64,000 nt of DNA, taken from the NCBI GenBank assembly GCA_963719515.1, contig CAVRCJ010000010.1, positions 352,001 to 416,000 of the forward strand. Reading direction: 5' to 3'. Source of the DNA: an uncultured cyanobacterium. Lineage in GTDB: Bacteria > Cyanobacteriota > Cyanobacteriia > CAKZMO01. The translations under genes were made by a program, and so were the position numbers. Under the pieces are notes generated by a model. It did no database searches. It worked only from the letters and a program-made list of their open reading frames with translations, and was not told the origin of the DNA. Shown here piece after piece: positions 1-9,191 of the stretch. Each line of letters begins with the position of its first letter. Position 1 is the first letter of the stretch.

Positions 1-53
1 GCTTTATACTGGTATGCTGTGGCCTCTGAATTCGCGACCCCTACCTACGACCT

Positions 54-1145
54 ATGCTTAGAGCCGGAATTGTCGGACTGCCCAACGTCGGCAAATCAAC
101 ATTATTTAACGCCGTCGTCGCCAACGCTAAAGCGCAGGCGGCCAATTTCCCCTTTTGCACCATCGAGCCCAACGTGGGCGTGGTGGCGGTTCCCGACGAG
201 CGCCTTAACGCCCTCACCCAAATCTCTGAGTCCGACCAGACTGTTCCTGCCCGCATCGAATTTGTAGATATTGCGGGGCTGGTGAAGGGGGCAAGCCAGG
301 GGGAGGGCTTGGGCAACCAGTTCTTGGCCAACATCCGTGAGGTAGACGCCATTATTCACGTGGTGCGCTGCTTTGATGACGACGACATTATTCATGTGTC
401 AGGCTCTATCGACCCGGTGCGGGATATCGAGGTGATCAATCTAGAGCTAGCGCTGGCAGACCTCAGTCAGATCGAGCGCCGCATCGAGCGCATCCGCAAG
501 CAGGCCCGCTCTAATAAAGAGGCTCAAATAGAGTTGACCATTTTAGAAAAGCTGCAGCCAGTGCTGGACGGCGGGCAGCCGGCGCGGCAGGTAGAGCTAG
601 ACGAAGAAGAGGAGCTAATCATCAAACCCCTGGGTCTACTGACCCGCAAGCCGATTATCTACGCCGCCAACGTATCTGAAGACGACCTAGCCACAGGTAA
701 CGACTGGGTAGAGAAGGTGCGGGGGGTGGCCAGGGCTGATGGAGCCCAGGTGGTCATTGTCTCGGCGCAGGTGGAGGCGGAGCTAGTGGAGCTATCCAAC
801 GAGGAACGAGCTGATTTCTTAGAGGCCCTCGGGGTAAGCGAAGGTGGCCTGAAAACTCTAATTCGCGCCACCTATGAGCTGCTGGGGCTGCGCACCTACT
901 TCACAACCGGACCGAAAGAGACCCGCGCTTGGACCATTCGCGCCGGGATGGTAGCCCCCCAGGCGGCAGGGGTGATCCACACTGATTTTGAGCGGGGCTT
1001 CATTCGGGCAGAGACGGTGGCCTATGGTGACTTGGTTGAATCGGGCTCCATGGGAACGGCGAAAGATAAGGGACTGGTGCGCAGTGAAGGGAAAGAGTAC
1101 GTCGTCAAAGAGGGCGATGTGATGCTGTTTCGGTTTAACGTTTAG
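54..1145 (+). CDS. ychF: Redox-regulated ATPase YchF (Obg family)
   Basis: GIVGLPNVGKST P-loop, ANFPFCTIEPN, DIAGLVKGASQGEGLGNQFL, C-terminal TGS domain ending GDVMLFRFNV. Confidence 0.98.
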   Translation: MLRAGIVGLPNVGKSTLFNAVVANAKAQAANFPFCTIEPNVGVVAVPDERLNALTQISESDQTVPARIEFVDIAGLVKGASQGEGLGNQFLANIREVDAIIHVVRCFDDDDIIHVSGSIDPVRDIEVINLELALADLSQIERRIERIRKQARSNKEAQIELTILEKLQPVLDGGQPARQVELDEEEELIIKPLGLLTRKPIIYAANVSEDDLATGNDWVEKVRGVARADGAQVVIVSAQVEAELVELSNEERADFLEALGVSEGGLKTLIRATYELLGLRTYFTTGPKETRAWTIRAGMVAPQAAGVIHTDFERGFIRAETVAYGDLVESGSMGTAKDKGLVRSEGKEYVVKEGDVMLFRFNV

Positions 1146-1196
1146 ACGTTTGGGATTGGACGCTTAGAATTTGTTTATATGGGGAGGCCAAGGCTG

Positions 1197-2258
1197 ATGT
1201 CAGAGTCGCTGCGTGATTTAAAGGCGTCGCTGGGAGCGACGTTTGAGGCTGAGTCAGAGATTGCCCTCAGCTTTGACAGCGATGGAGCCGCTCGGGAGGC
1301 CGTGGCGTCAGGGGTAGCCCTGTGCGATCGCTCCCACTGGGGACGCATTGAAGTTTCGGACGGCGATCGCATTCGCTTCTTGCACAACCAAAGCACCAAC
1401 GACTTCATGACCCTGAAGCCAGGGCAAGGCTGTGAGACGGTGTTTGTGACCTCCACCGCCCGCACGGTGGACCTAGTGAGTGCCTATGCCCTAGAGGAGA
1501 CCGTGCTGCTGCTGTGCCACCCCAGCTGTCGCCAGTCCCTGATGGCCTGGATGGACCGGTTTATCTTTTTCTCAGACAAAGTGCAGCTAACGGACGTGAC
1601 CGAGAGGACGGCGGCGTTTAGCGTCATGGGACCGGGGAGCGACGGACTGCTTCAGAATTTGGGGCTAGAGGGCGTTACGGATCAACCGCCGCAGTCCCAC
1701 GCGTCCTTTGCGCTAGACAATCTGACGGTGAGGGTCGCTGTAGGGAGTGGTTTGGCCACTCCGGGCTACACGCTATTCGCTGAGGCTGACCAGGCCGCTG
1801 ACCTGTGGCAACGGCTAACGGCAGCGGGCGCGGTGCCTTTAGGCGATCGCCTTTGGGAGGAGCTACGGGTGGTGCAGGGCCGTCCAGCGCCGGGGCAAGA
1901 GCTCACTGAGGACTACAATCCGCTAGAGGCGGGGCTATGGCAAGGGGTGTCGTTTAATAAGGGCTGCTACATCGGGCAGGAAACCATTGCGCGGCTGAAC
2001 ACTTACGGCGGAGCGAAGCAGCAGCTTTGGGGGCTGAGGCTCAGCGGAGCGGCAGCGGTGGGGGAGCGCATCACCCACGATGGGGAGCGCGCTGGGGTGG
2101 TGACCAGCGTAGTGGAAACCCCCGAGGGCTGGGTAGGGCTGGGATATGTGCGCTCAAAGGTCGGCGGTGCGGGGCTAACGGTGCAGGTGGGCCAAGTACA
2201 GGGAACGGTGATGGAGGTGCCGTTTTTGACGCGGCAAGAAACGGTGGAGACGCTGTAA
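1197..2258 (+). CDS. YgfZ/GcvT-family folate-binding protein
   Basis: KGCYIGQE signature; GcvT-like N-terminus (DRSHWGRIEVSDGDRIRFLHNQST); ATG at 1197 follows GGAGG (ORF track starts at 1179). Confidence 0.92.
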   Translation: MSESLRDLKASLGATFEAESEIALSFDSDGAAREAVASGVALCDRSHWGRIEVSDGDRIRFLHNQSTNDFMTLKPGQGCETVFVTSTARTVDLVSAYALEETVLLLCHPSCRQSLMAWMDRFIFFSDKVQLTDVTERTAAFSVMGPGSDGLLQNLGLEGVTDQPPQSHASFALDNLTVRVAVGSGLATPGYTLFAEADQAADLWQRLTAAGAVPLGDRLWEELRVVQGRPAPGQELTEDYNPLEAGLWQGVSFNKGCYIGQETIARLNTYGGAKQQLWGLRLSGAAAVGERITHDGERAGVVTSVVETPEGWVGLGYVRSKVGGAGLTVQVGQVQGTVMEVPFLTRQETVETL

Positions 2259-2391
2259 CCCCAGGAATAAAGCGTGAGCGCGCCCCCACGCTCGCTCAGA
2301 TATATTGCTCAGAGAAAGGCTCTCGGCTCAAAGCCTTGACGTTGTGTAGGCGATGGGGCACACAATTGTCCTAATGCATCAAGACTGCCCT

Positions 2392-2931
2392 ATGACTTCA
2401 GACTTAAATATTTCCCTGGACGCTCTGCCCTTCATCTCCTACATCGACGATGTCGGTCAGCTGCCCGACACGCTCGATAAAGTTGGAATTTACGCCATCT
2501 TCGATGCGGACAAGACCCTCCAATTTGTGGGCTATTCCCGTGATATTGGCCTTAGCCTCAGGCAACACATCATCCGCTGTCCTCAGCAGTGCCACTGGCT
2601 GAAGGCCCACACGATTGAGCGGCCCAAGCGCTCAACGCTAGAGGATATCGAGGCGGCTTGGCTGGCGGAAAATGGCGAGGTGCCTTGGGGAAACCGCGAC
2701 GGGGAGACCGCCTGGATACAGCCCGTAGACGCCAAACTACAGATGACTGACGATGAGCGGCGAGCCTACGCTAAAGCGCCCGGCGAATTAGAGCAGATGA
2801 AAACCCTGAAGCGCGTCGCTCGCCGGGTGGAGGAGGCGATCGCCGCTCAGCTACAGGGGCGGGGGCTGCAGGAGCAGATCCGATTTGACCCCAAGCTTAA
2901 AGAGCAGGGACTGTTGGGCGTTAAGCCTTAA
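2392..2931 (+). CDS. Conserved cyanobacterial GIY-YIG-like protein
   Basis: VGIYAIFD...LQFVGYSRD motif; start uncertain (2353, 2374 or 2392). Confidence 0.8.
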   Translation: MTSDLNISLDALPFISYIDDVGQLPDTLDKVGIYAIFDADKTLQFVGYSRDIGLSLRQHIIRCPQQCHWLKAHTIERPKRSTLEDIEAAWLAENGEVPWGNRDGETAWIQPVDAKLQMTDDERRAYAKAPGELEQMKTLKRVARRVEEAIAAQLQGRGLQEQIRFDPKLKEQGLLGVKP

Positions 2932-2981
2932 GCGCAGCGCTTATCTAGTACAGCCGCAGCGTGCTGTGACCAACGCTGCCC

Positions 2982-3263
2982 CTACTTAGAGCCGTAGTAA
3001 AACGCCATCTCTTTGGGCTTCAGCGGCGCGAACTCCGCCGCTTTCAGCTTTTGATTGAGCTCCTCTTGGCTCAAGTGCTTAGCGCCGATGCGCACGATAC
3101 GCGATCGCATTGTGTTGGTCACGCCGCTGCGCTGCCGTCCGGCCTCTAGGGCCATGACCTCGGTGTAGAGGTTGAGTTTGTCGGCAGGAATGGGGCTGCC
3201 GTCGAGGTCTTGACCTTCAGCGATGGCAACGTCAACTGCGTCGGCCCCTGTCGTCGTAGACAT
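2982..3263 (-). CDS. DUF4090 / Ssr1528-family small protein
   Basis: TTGADAVDVAIAEG-DLDGSPIP...LEAGRQRSGV...RSRIVRIGAKH, recognised from memory of the cyanobacterial family. Confidence 0.8.
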   Translation of the reverse strand: MSTTTGADAVDVAIAEGQDLDGSPIPADKLNLYTEVMALEAGRQRSGVTNTMRSRIVRIGAKHLSQEELNQKLKAAEFAPLKPKEMAFYYGSK

Positions 3264-3339
3264 GGCAAATCAGCCTAAAATACTACGCCCCGAATTGTAT
3301 CAGGGTTTGGGCCCTCAGCTTTTTTCTAGGTGCCCTGCC

Positions 3340-3618
3340 CTAGGCGTCACCGTCCACCCACAGCAGCCTCACCGCCATGAGGGCAAAGCCCAGCGCCGCC
3401 GCCGTTTTCACCCAGCGAATGGGCAGCAGCGCTGCCGCCCCGTCGCCAATCCACACGCCCAAGAATGAAGTGAGCAGCAGAGCGCTCACCGCACCCGCGA
3501 ACACAGGCCATAAAGATGAGGCGCTGCCGCTGAGGGCGATCGCCGCGAGCTGGCTTTTATCTCCTAGCTCAGAGATGAACACCGTGATAAAGCTGAGTCC
3601 GAGTAGGTTCCAGTCCAT
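3340..3618 (-). CDS. UPF0016 (TMEM165/GDT1) half-size transporter, Hmx-like Mn transporter subunit
   Basis: Single ELGDKSQ motif, about 3 hydrophobic segments. Confidence 0.88.
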   Translation of the reverse strand: MDWNLLGLSFITVFISELGDKSQLAAIALSGSASSLWPVFAGAVSALLLTSFLGVWIGDGAAALLPIRWVKTAAALGFALMAVRLLWVDGDA

Positions 3619-3682
3619 TAGAGTTTAGCCGTATAGCTTGCCAAAGGTTTAAAAAGCGCCGAGAGTCTACTGACAGCACCTG

Positions 3683-4063
3683 TCACAGATGCACCACATC
3701 CCACAGCAGCAGCAGCGAGATAAAGGCTAAAATTGCGCCGGTTGTGGTTTCTAGAGTTTCGACGGAGACCCGCTTAGAGAGCCAGCGACCGACTCCGACC
3801 CCAATTAAAGTCGTCAAAATCAGCGCGGATCCTGCCCCTAGAAAAACGGTTAGGGGGGATTGAGACTCGGCGCTCATCAGCAGGGTAGTGAGCTGGGTCT
3901 TATCCCCTAGCTCCGCCACAAAAATAGTGACGAACGTCGTTAGGAAAAGCCTTAAGCTCCCCAGCGATGCCGCTTCAGGTGGGGCGGGCTGATCGGCAGG
4001 TGCCATATCTGCCGTCTGAACAACGCCAGAGCAATCATCAATATTCTCGGTGTCTTGCGGCAT
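3683..4063 (-). CDS. UPF0016 (TMEM165/GDT1) half-size transporter, partner of the downstream half
   Basis: Single ELGDKTQ motif, about 3 hydrophobic segments. Confidence 0.88.
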   Translation of the reverse strand: MPQDTENIDDCSGVVQTADMAPADQPAPPEAASLGSLRLFLTTFVTIFVAELGDKTQLTTLLMSAESQSPLTVFLGAGSALILTTLIGVGVGRWLSKRVSVETLETTTGAILAFISLLLLWDVVHL

Positions 4064-4126
4064 GGCAGAATAAAACTAACCGGGCTTAGCTGACCGGCCT
4101 GTACGGCGGGAAAGAGCTGACCCATT

Positions 4127-4489
4127 CTAGCCCGAATCAGCCGCCGCGATCGCCTGCGTAAAGCGAACCATCTCCGAGCTGCAATCGCCCCGAACCGATT
4201 CGATCTGCTCAACGCAGCAGGCGATCGCAAAATCGTCTAGCTCCTCGGGAGCAATGCCGTACATCTCGCTAAACACATCGGGCTCGACGCGGCAAAAACG
4301 AGGGCGATCGGCGTAGATACGGCAGCGTCGCGACGGCGCGTCGAAGTGAACACACCAGCCATCTTCACCCACCAGGCTCAAGTACAGCAGCAGCTCGTCC
4401 TTCGAGAGATATTCGTTTAGGTCAGGCCGCTCTAGCGGATTGAGATAGCAACATGAGCCGCAGCTGTCGATACATTGCCAAGTTGCCAT
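4127..4489 (-). CDS. YkgJ-family cysteine cluster (CxxCxxCC) protein
   Basis: CIDSCGSCC ... CVHFD ... CRIYADRPRFCRV ... CC. Confidence 0.88.
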   Translation of the reverse strand: MATWQCIDSCGSCCYLNPLERPDLNEYLSKDELLLYLSLVGEDGWCVHFDAPSRRCRIYADRPRFCRVEPDVFSEMYGIAPEELDDFAIACCVEQIESVRGDCSSEMVRFTQAIAAADSG

Positions 4490-4617
4490 AGCGTTACGAG
4501 GGTTGCTTTAGTGACGATGGAGTTAATGTTGAGGGGCGGACGCGCCTGAATCAGGTAAAATGTGTTGCAGATTCTGTCTCAAGACAACCTTTTTCTTAGT
4601 CTACTTTAGGAGGCGCT

Positions 4618-4749
4618 ATGAGCTTTATAACAAACGCAATCGGCGGATTAAACTTTGAAGCCATTATTCAGCTAACGCTGGTGGGGATGATCATGATCTC
4701 CGGTCCCATCGTCATTTTTCTGCTTGCAGCCAGCCGAGGTGATTTGTAA
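4618..4749 (+). CDS. psb30: Photosystem II reaction centre protein Psb30 (Ycf12), 43 aa; absent from the ORF track
   Basis: Manual translation MSFITNAIGGLNFEAIIQLTLVGMIMISGPIVIFLLAASRGDL*; AGGAGG RBS at 4608-4613. Confidence 0.95.
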   Translation: MSFITNAIGGLNFEAIIQLTLVGMIMISGPIVIFLLAASRGDL

Positions 4750-4921
4750 GAGCGCGCTTTAAGCATCACTATTGACCGAGAGCGGCGGTAGCCTGCCCTT
4801 GCGCCGAGGGATACCGCTATCGAGCGCAAATCGTCCCTCTTCCTAAGAATCCCTTAAGAAAGTCGACCAAGATTTCCAGAGCGAAATGCTAAGATTGCCA
4901 TGACTGCTCTGAGGGTTTGAC

Positions 4922-5914
4922 GTGACTCATTCTGCAACGCTGACGCTCCAGCCGCCAATGCCTCAGCTTGTTGACAACAGTCGACTACGGCTGTTTTCCG
5001 GTTCATCCAATACTTCCTTGGCCCAAGAGGTTGCCCGCTATTTAGGCATGGATCTTGGGCCTATGGTTCGCCAAAGGTTTGCCGATGGCGAACTCTATGT
5101 CCAGATTCAAGAGTCGATTCGCGGGTGCGACGTCTATTTGATCCAGCCCACCTGCCACCCGGTCAACGACCATCTGATGGAGCTGTTGATCATGGTTGAT
5201 GCCTGTCGGCGGGCGTCAGCGCGGCAAATTACTGCGGTGCTTCCGTACTATGGCTACGCCCGCGCCGATCGCAAGACGGCGGGCCGGGAGTCGATTACCG
5301 CAAAGCTCGTCGCCAACCTCATCACGGAAGCGGGCGCCGATCGTATCCTGGCGATGGACCTGCACTCCGCCCAGATTCAAGGATACTTCGACATTCCGTT
5401 TGACCATGTGTACGGCTCCCCCGTGATTTTGGAGTACCTTGCCAGCAAAAAGCTATCTGATTTGGTGGTGGTGTCGCCCGATGTCGGCGGCGTGGCGCGG
5501 GCGCGAGCCTTTGCCAAAAAGCTGGAGGATGCGCCTTTGGCTATCATCGATAAGCGTCGTCAGGCCCACAATGTTGCCGAGGTGATGAACGTTATTGGTG
5601 ATGTCAGAGGCAAAACCGCCGTCTTAGTGGATGACATGATCGATACGGCGGGCACCATCTGTGAGGGAGCAAAGCTGCTGCGGGAAGAGGGGGCCCGCCA
5701 GGTTTACGCTTGCGCGACCCACTCGGTGTTTTCACCTCCAGCCATCGAGCGGCTTTCGGGAGGTCTGTTTGAAGAGGTGATCGTTACCAATACGATTCCC
5801 CTGCCAGAGACAAAGCAATTTGAGCAGCTGACGGTGTTATCTGTGGCGAACCTTCTGGGCGAAACCATCTGGCGTATTCACGAAGACAGCTCCGTCAGCA
5901 GCATGTTCCGCTAG
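4922..5914 (+). CDS. prs: Ribose-phosphate pyrophosphokinase
   Basis: RFADGE, PYYGYARADRK, DLHSAQIQGYF, VSPDVGG, LVDDMIDTAGT. Confidence 0.98.
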   Translation: MTHSATLTLQPPMPQLVDNSRLRLFSGSSNTSLAQEVARYLGMDLGPMVRQRFADGELYVQIQESIRGCDVYLIQPTCHPVNDHLMELLIMVDACRRASARQITAVLPYYGYARADRKTAGRESITAKLVANLITEAGADRILAMDLHSAQIQGYFDIPFDHVYGSPVILEYLASKKLSDLVVVSPDVGGVARARAFAKKLEDAPLAIIDKRRQAHNVAEVMNVIGDVRGKTAVLVDDMIDTAGTICEGAKLLREEGARQVYACATHSVFSPPAIERLSGGLFEEVIVTNTIPLPETKQFEQLTVLSVANLLGETIWRIHEDSSVSSMFR

Positions 5915-7488
5915 CGTCTTAAGGCCACCGCCAGCAAATTGCTGGCGACTAAAGAAACCAGAATTGCGTTGTAGACCGCATGGTCGGCGGTGCTAGCCGC
6001 TACGCCCGCCTCTTGCGCCTGGTCCAAATCCTGGTGCTGACGCAGGTGGCGATCGCAGACGTACTTGTAGCGGCAGGCAAATAGGAAGCCCGGAACGATC
6101 AGCACAATCCCCCCCAGCAGTGGGATACCCGCCAGCAGATGAACTAGGCCGAACTGGGTAGAGCGGACGGCAATTTTACGCCAGGTGTTTGCGCCCCGGC
6201 GGAAGATATACTCTTCTAGTCTGGCCCAGAACGGGATGCCGGCCAGCAGCAGCAGCCAAAATCCAAGGATAAACAGCGTTGCCCAGGGCAGCGATGAGGA
6301 CGCTGGTGCTGCGGCCAGGCTGCCCCAAGCGGCCCAGGGAATAATCTGTCCCAGCAAATGTTCGGCGATCGCCCCCGCCCGAATCAAGGTCGATGGCCCA
6401 CTGCTGAATGAATTGAACGGCTGAAAGATAATGTTGCCGGATTGGCCAAAGATGAGGTTTGCCCAACCCCAATGCATAAACGGCGGAACCACCCGCTCCG
6501 CCATCAGAAAAGTGCCGGTTGTCACCGCAATAATTCCCGCCGCCCGCACATAGGTGAGCAGACCAGAGCGGAAGTAAACCGTCCAAATCATGCTCAGCCG
6601 CTGCCTGTGCCGCCACAAATCCGCCACGATTAAGGCAATAATTCCGATGGAAAACAGCCTTGCGCTCCAGGCCTGTAGAGGCGCTGACAAGCTCGCTGGG
6701 GCAAACAGCAGCAGCGCCAAAATACCCGCCAGTGCGAGGAGACGGTAGCGGACGTGCAGGGCCACAATGCGCAGCGCGTGGCCAAGCTGCTGCCTGCCGG
6801 AAGGTTGGGTCAAGTAGGTCAGCAGCTGCCCTGAGGCGACGATACTCACCAAGCCGTAGAGGGCCGCTGGATAAGAATTAGGCTGTTGGGTCCAAACGCT
6901 TTTGCAGTGATCGAGCGCCTGGCGAAACTCCCCCTGCTTAACGAGCAGATAGGCGGCCAAGGCCTGGGCCGAGGGCTGTGGGTCCATCGTCAAAGACCGC
7001 TCTACGCTCTCTAATGCTCCCTTATCTTTTCCCATACGGGCTAGGGCAATGCCGCGGTTGTGCCAGGCCTTGCTAAACTCTGGGTCTAGGGCGATCGCCT
7101 GGTCGAAGTCGGCGATCGCCCTAGAAAGCTGCTTGAATATCAGATGGACCAGTCCTCGAGCATTGAAGCCTTCTGCTGACAGCGGCTGCAGGCCGCGATT
7201 GCAGTAGTCCAAAGCCGCCTGCTGCTTCCCCAGCATTGCCAGCACCGTTCCTTGAGCGCTTAGGGTAGCGCTGTCGTTGGGTTCAATGGCCAAAGCTTGC
7301 TCGAAACTAACGCGAGCTAGCTTGGGGCGCTTGAGCTGACGGAGCAAATAGCCCCGCTGCCGCCAGATATCGGCGGCCTCTGCCGACGATGGATTGTCTA
7401 GGCGCTTGAGGGCCTTATCGTAAGCGAGCAAAGCCTGCTCATCGCCAAGGGGGCTGATATTGTTCGCCGTTAACCGGTTGAAGCGCAT
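5911..7488 (-). CDS. TPR-repeat protein with C-terminal membrane CPBP (CAAX protease/Abi)-like domain
   Basis: N-terminal TPRs (AIADFDQAIALDPEFSKAWHNRGIAL); hydrophobic C-terminal half with LEEYIFRRG, FGLVH, HAVYN. Confidence 0.75.
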   Translation of the reverse strand: MRFNRLTANNISPLGDEQALLAYDKALKRLDNPSSAEAADIWRQRGYLLRQLKRPKLARVSFEQALAIEPNDSATLSAQGTVLAMLGKQQAALDYCNRGLQPLSAEGFNARGLVHLIFKQLSRAIADFDQAIALDPEFSKAWHNRGIALARMGKDKGALESVERSLTMDPQPSAQALAAYLLVKQGEFRQALDHCKSVWTQQPNSYPAALYGLVSIVASGQLLTYLTQPSGRQQLGHALRIVALHVRYRLLALAGILALLLFAPASLSAPLQAWSARLFSIGIIALIVADLWRHRQRLSMIWTVYFRSGLLTYVRAAGIIAVTTGTFLMAERVVPPFMHWGWANLIFGQSGNIIFQPFNSFSSGPSTLIRAGAIAEHLLGQIIPWAAWGSLAAAPASSSLPWATLFILGFWLLLLAGIPFWARLEEYIFRRGANTWRKIAVRSTQFGLVHLLAGIPLLGGIVLIVPGFLFACRYKYVCDRHLRQHQDLDQAQEAGVAASTADHAVYNAILVSLVASNLLAVALRR

Positions 7489-7606
7489 TATCAAGTCGTA
7501 AACGGGTGGACTTAGAGGGAGGAACGTCTAGTTTCAGCATACTCTAGGCACCGTGACCACTTTACGGCATGCTAGACGTGAGCATAACGACTAAGGAGGC
7601 TTTCCC

Positions 7607-8317
7607 ATGGCTGCAGACATTGATCCCCAAACCCTAATGAAGCAGGAGGTCGGCCGTGCTGCCGCCGAGCGCGTCTCGTCGGACTCCATCGTCGGCCTGG
7701 GCACTGGATCAACAACGGCCTTCGCCATCCAATATCTGGGGGAGCGGCTCCAGTCGGGAGATCTCAAAAACATTAAAGGCGTGACCACTTCGTTTCAGGC
7801 GATTGTGCTGGCGCGTCAGTACGGCATTCCGGTGGTGTCGCTGGACGAGGTGGACCATATTGATGTGGCCATTGATGGAGCCGATGAAGTAGACCCGCAA
7901 AAGAACCTGATAAAAGGCGGCGGGGCTGCCCACACCCAGGAAAAGATTGTCGATTCTCTGGCCAAGCAGTTCATTGTTGTGGTCGATAGCGGTAAGCTTG
8001 TAGACTCTCTGGGCAGCACCTTTCTGCTGCCGGTGGAGGTCATTCCTATGGCGGTTAGCCCGGTAATGCAGGCCATCAAGACGCTAGGGGGGGAGCCGAC
8101 CTTACGAATGGGGGTAAAAAAGGCGGGTCCCGTCGTGACAGACCAGGGAAACTTGGTGATCGACGTCAAGTTTGACAGCATCGCTGACCCGGCGCAGCTA
8201 GAGTCTGCCCTCAATAATATCCCAGGAGTCTTGGAAAACGGTCTGTTTGTCGGCGTTGCCGATGTTGTTTTGGTGGGAGAGCTAGACGGCGATACGCCTA
8301 GGGTTCGCGAGCTGTAG
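7607..8317 (+). CDS. rpiA: Ribose-5-phosphate isomerase A
   Basis: GLGTGST, DGADEVD, IKGGGAA, VVTDQGN; AAGGAGG RBS. Confidence 0.98.
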   Translation: MAADIDPQTLMKQEVGRAAAERVSSDSIVGLGTGSTTAFAIQYLGERLQSGDLKNIKGVTTSFQAIVLARQYGIPVVSLDEVDHIDVAIDGADEVDPQKNLIKGGGAAHTQEKIVDSLAKQFIVVVDSGKLVDSLGSTFLLPVEVIPMAVSPVMQAIKTLGGEPTLRMGVKKAGPVVTDQGNLVIDVKFDSIADPAQLESALNNIPGVLENGLFVGVADVVLVGELDGDTPRVREL

Positions 8318-8354
8318 TTCTGACAGACTCGCCCGCAGGTTTGGTGCTACCGCC

Positions 8355-8389
8355 ATTGGGGACCCGGTTTGCTGCGCGTCCCCAATTTT
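8355..8389 (+). terminator. Probable intrinsic terminator after rpiA
   Basis: ATTGGGGAC / GTCCCCAAT inverted repeat followed by TTT. Confidence 0.5.
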
Positions 8390-9191
8390 AGAAATCCCTC
8401 TTTGAAAATTAATACAACTGTGAAAAGCCTTTGAATGCTGGCGAACAAGAGGGGCTAGCACAGCAATTCGTACGGTAAACTGGGATACACGTTAAAACGC
8501 TCTATGTTGCCGGAAGGCATTCTAGCGGCCAATTTTGTGCAGGCAGGGTGTCCAAGCCTTATTAAATTCCAAGCGGATCTTCACGTTTGTTTTGGGTTTG
8601 AGCAAATAAAGGCATTGAATTAGGGGCACAGCGACAAGCGCTTGGTTTTGACAATGATATTAAAACCCTTAAGCTGTAGGCATCAAAACCCAAATCTCTC
8701 TACATCTACCTATTTCGAGTGGGTGCATATCGCTTTTAAGCCCACTCATAGAGAAGCCGCTACGCATCTACGTCCTAAATCCTTCTCTCAATGCTGGAAG
8801 AGGGACTTGAATCTCTTACCCTCCTTTTCCCGGAACTGAGAGAAGAGGCTGGGGGGTGACATGCTCCCTTTCAAGTTCGATGTCCCATCCGGATGAGCTT
8901 TGGAAAGAGTTTAAAGCTTCTCTTAGGCTTGTTAGCGTTGCCTAGAAGCGTGCAGGAAATGCGGCGTTCATCACGCCGATGGCCTGTGGAAGGCCGTAGT
9001 GCGGTACGCTGCTATTTTTTAAGGCTACGGTCAGCTGCCATAACAGTCAGGATAAGTGTCAGTTGAAATTAGCGTGCATCTTTGCCATTGCGTTATAGGC
9101 AGTAACTTACGATGCCCTTAATAGCAAAAAATCTGCCTTAAGTCCTTTTATCTTGTCTACTGAGTATAGACATCTATAATTTTTTGAAGGT

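Noticed and set aside
2392..2931. GIY-YIG protein as a homing endonuclease or mobile intron
   Set aside because: Free-standing, no interrupted host gene, and it resembles a conserved cyanobacterial protein.
8642..8839. 65-aa ORF in the region upstream of patA
   Set aside because: TTG start, no RBS, no recognisable motif.
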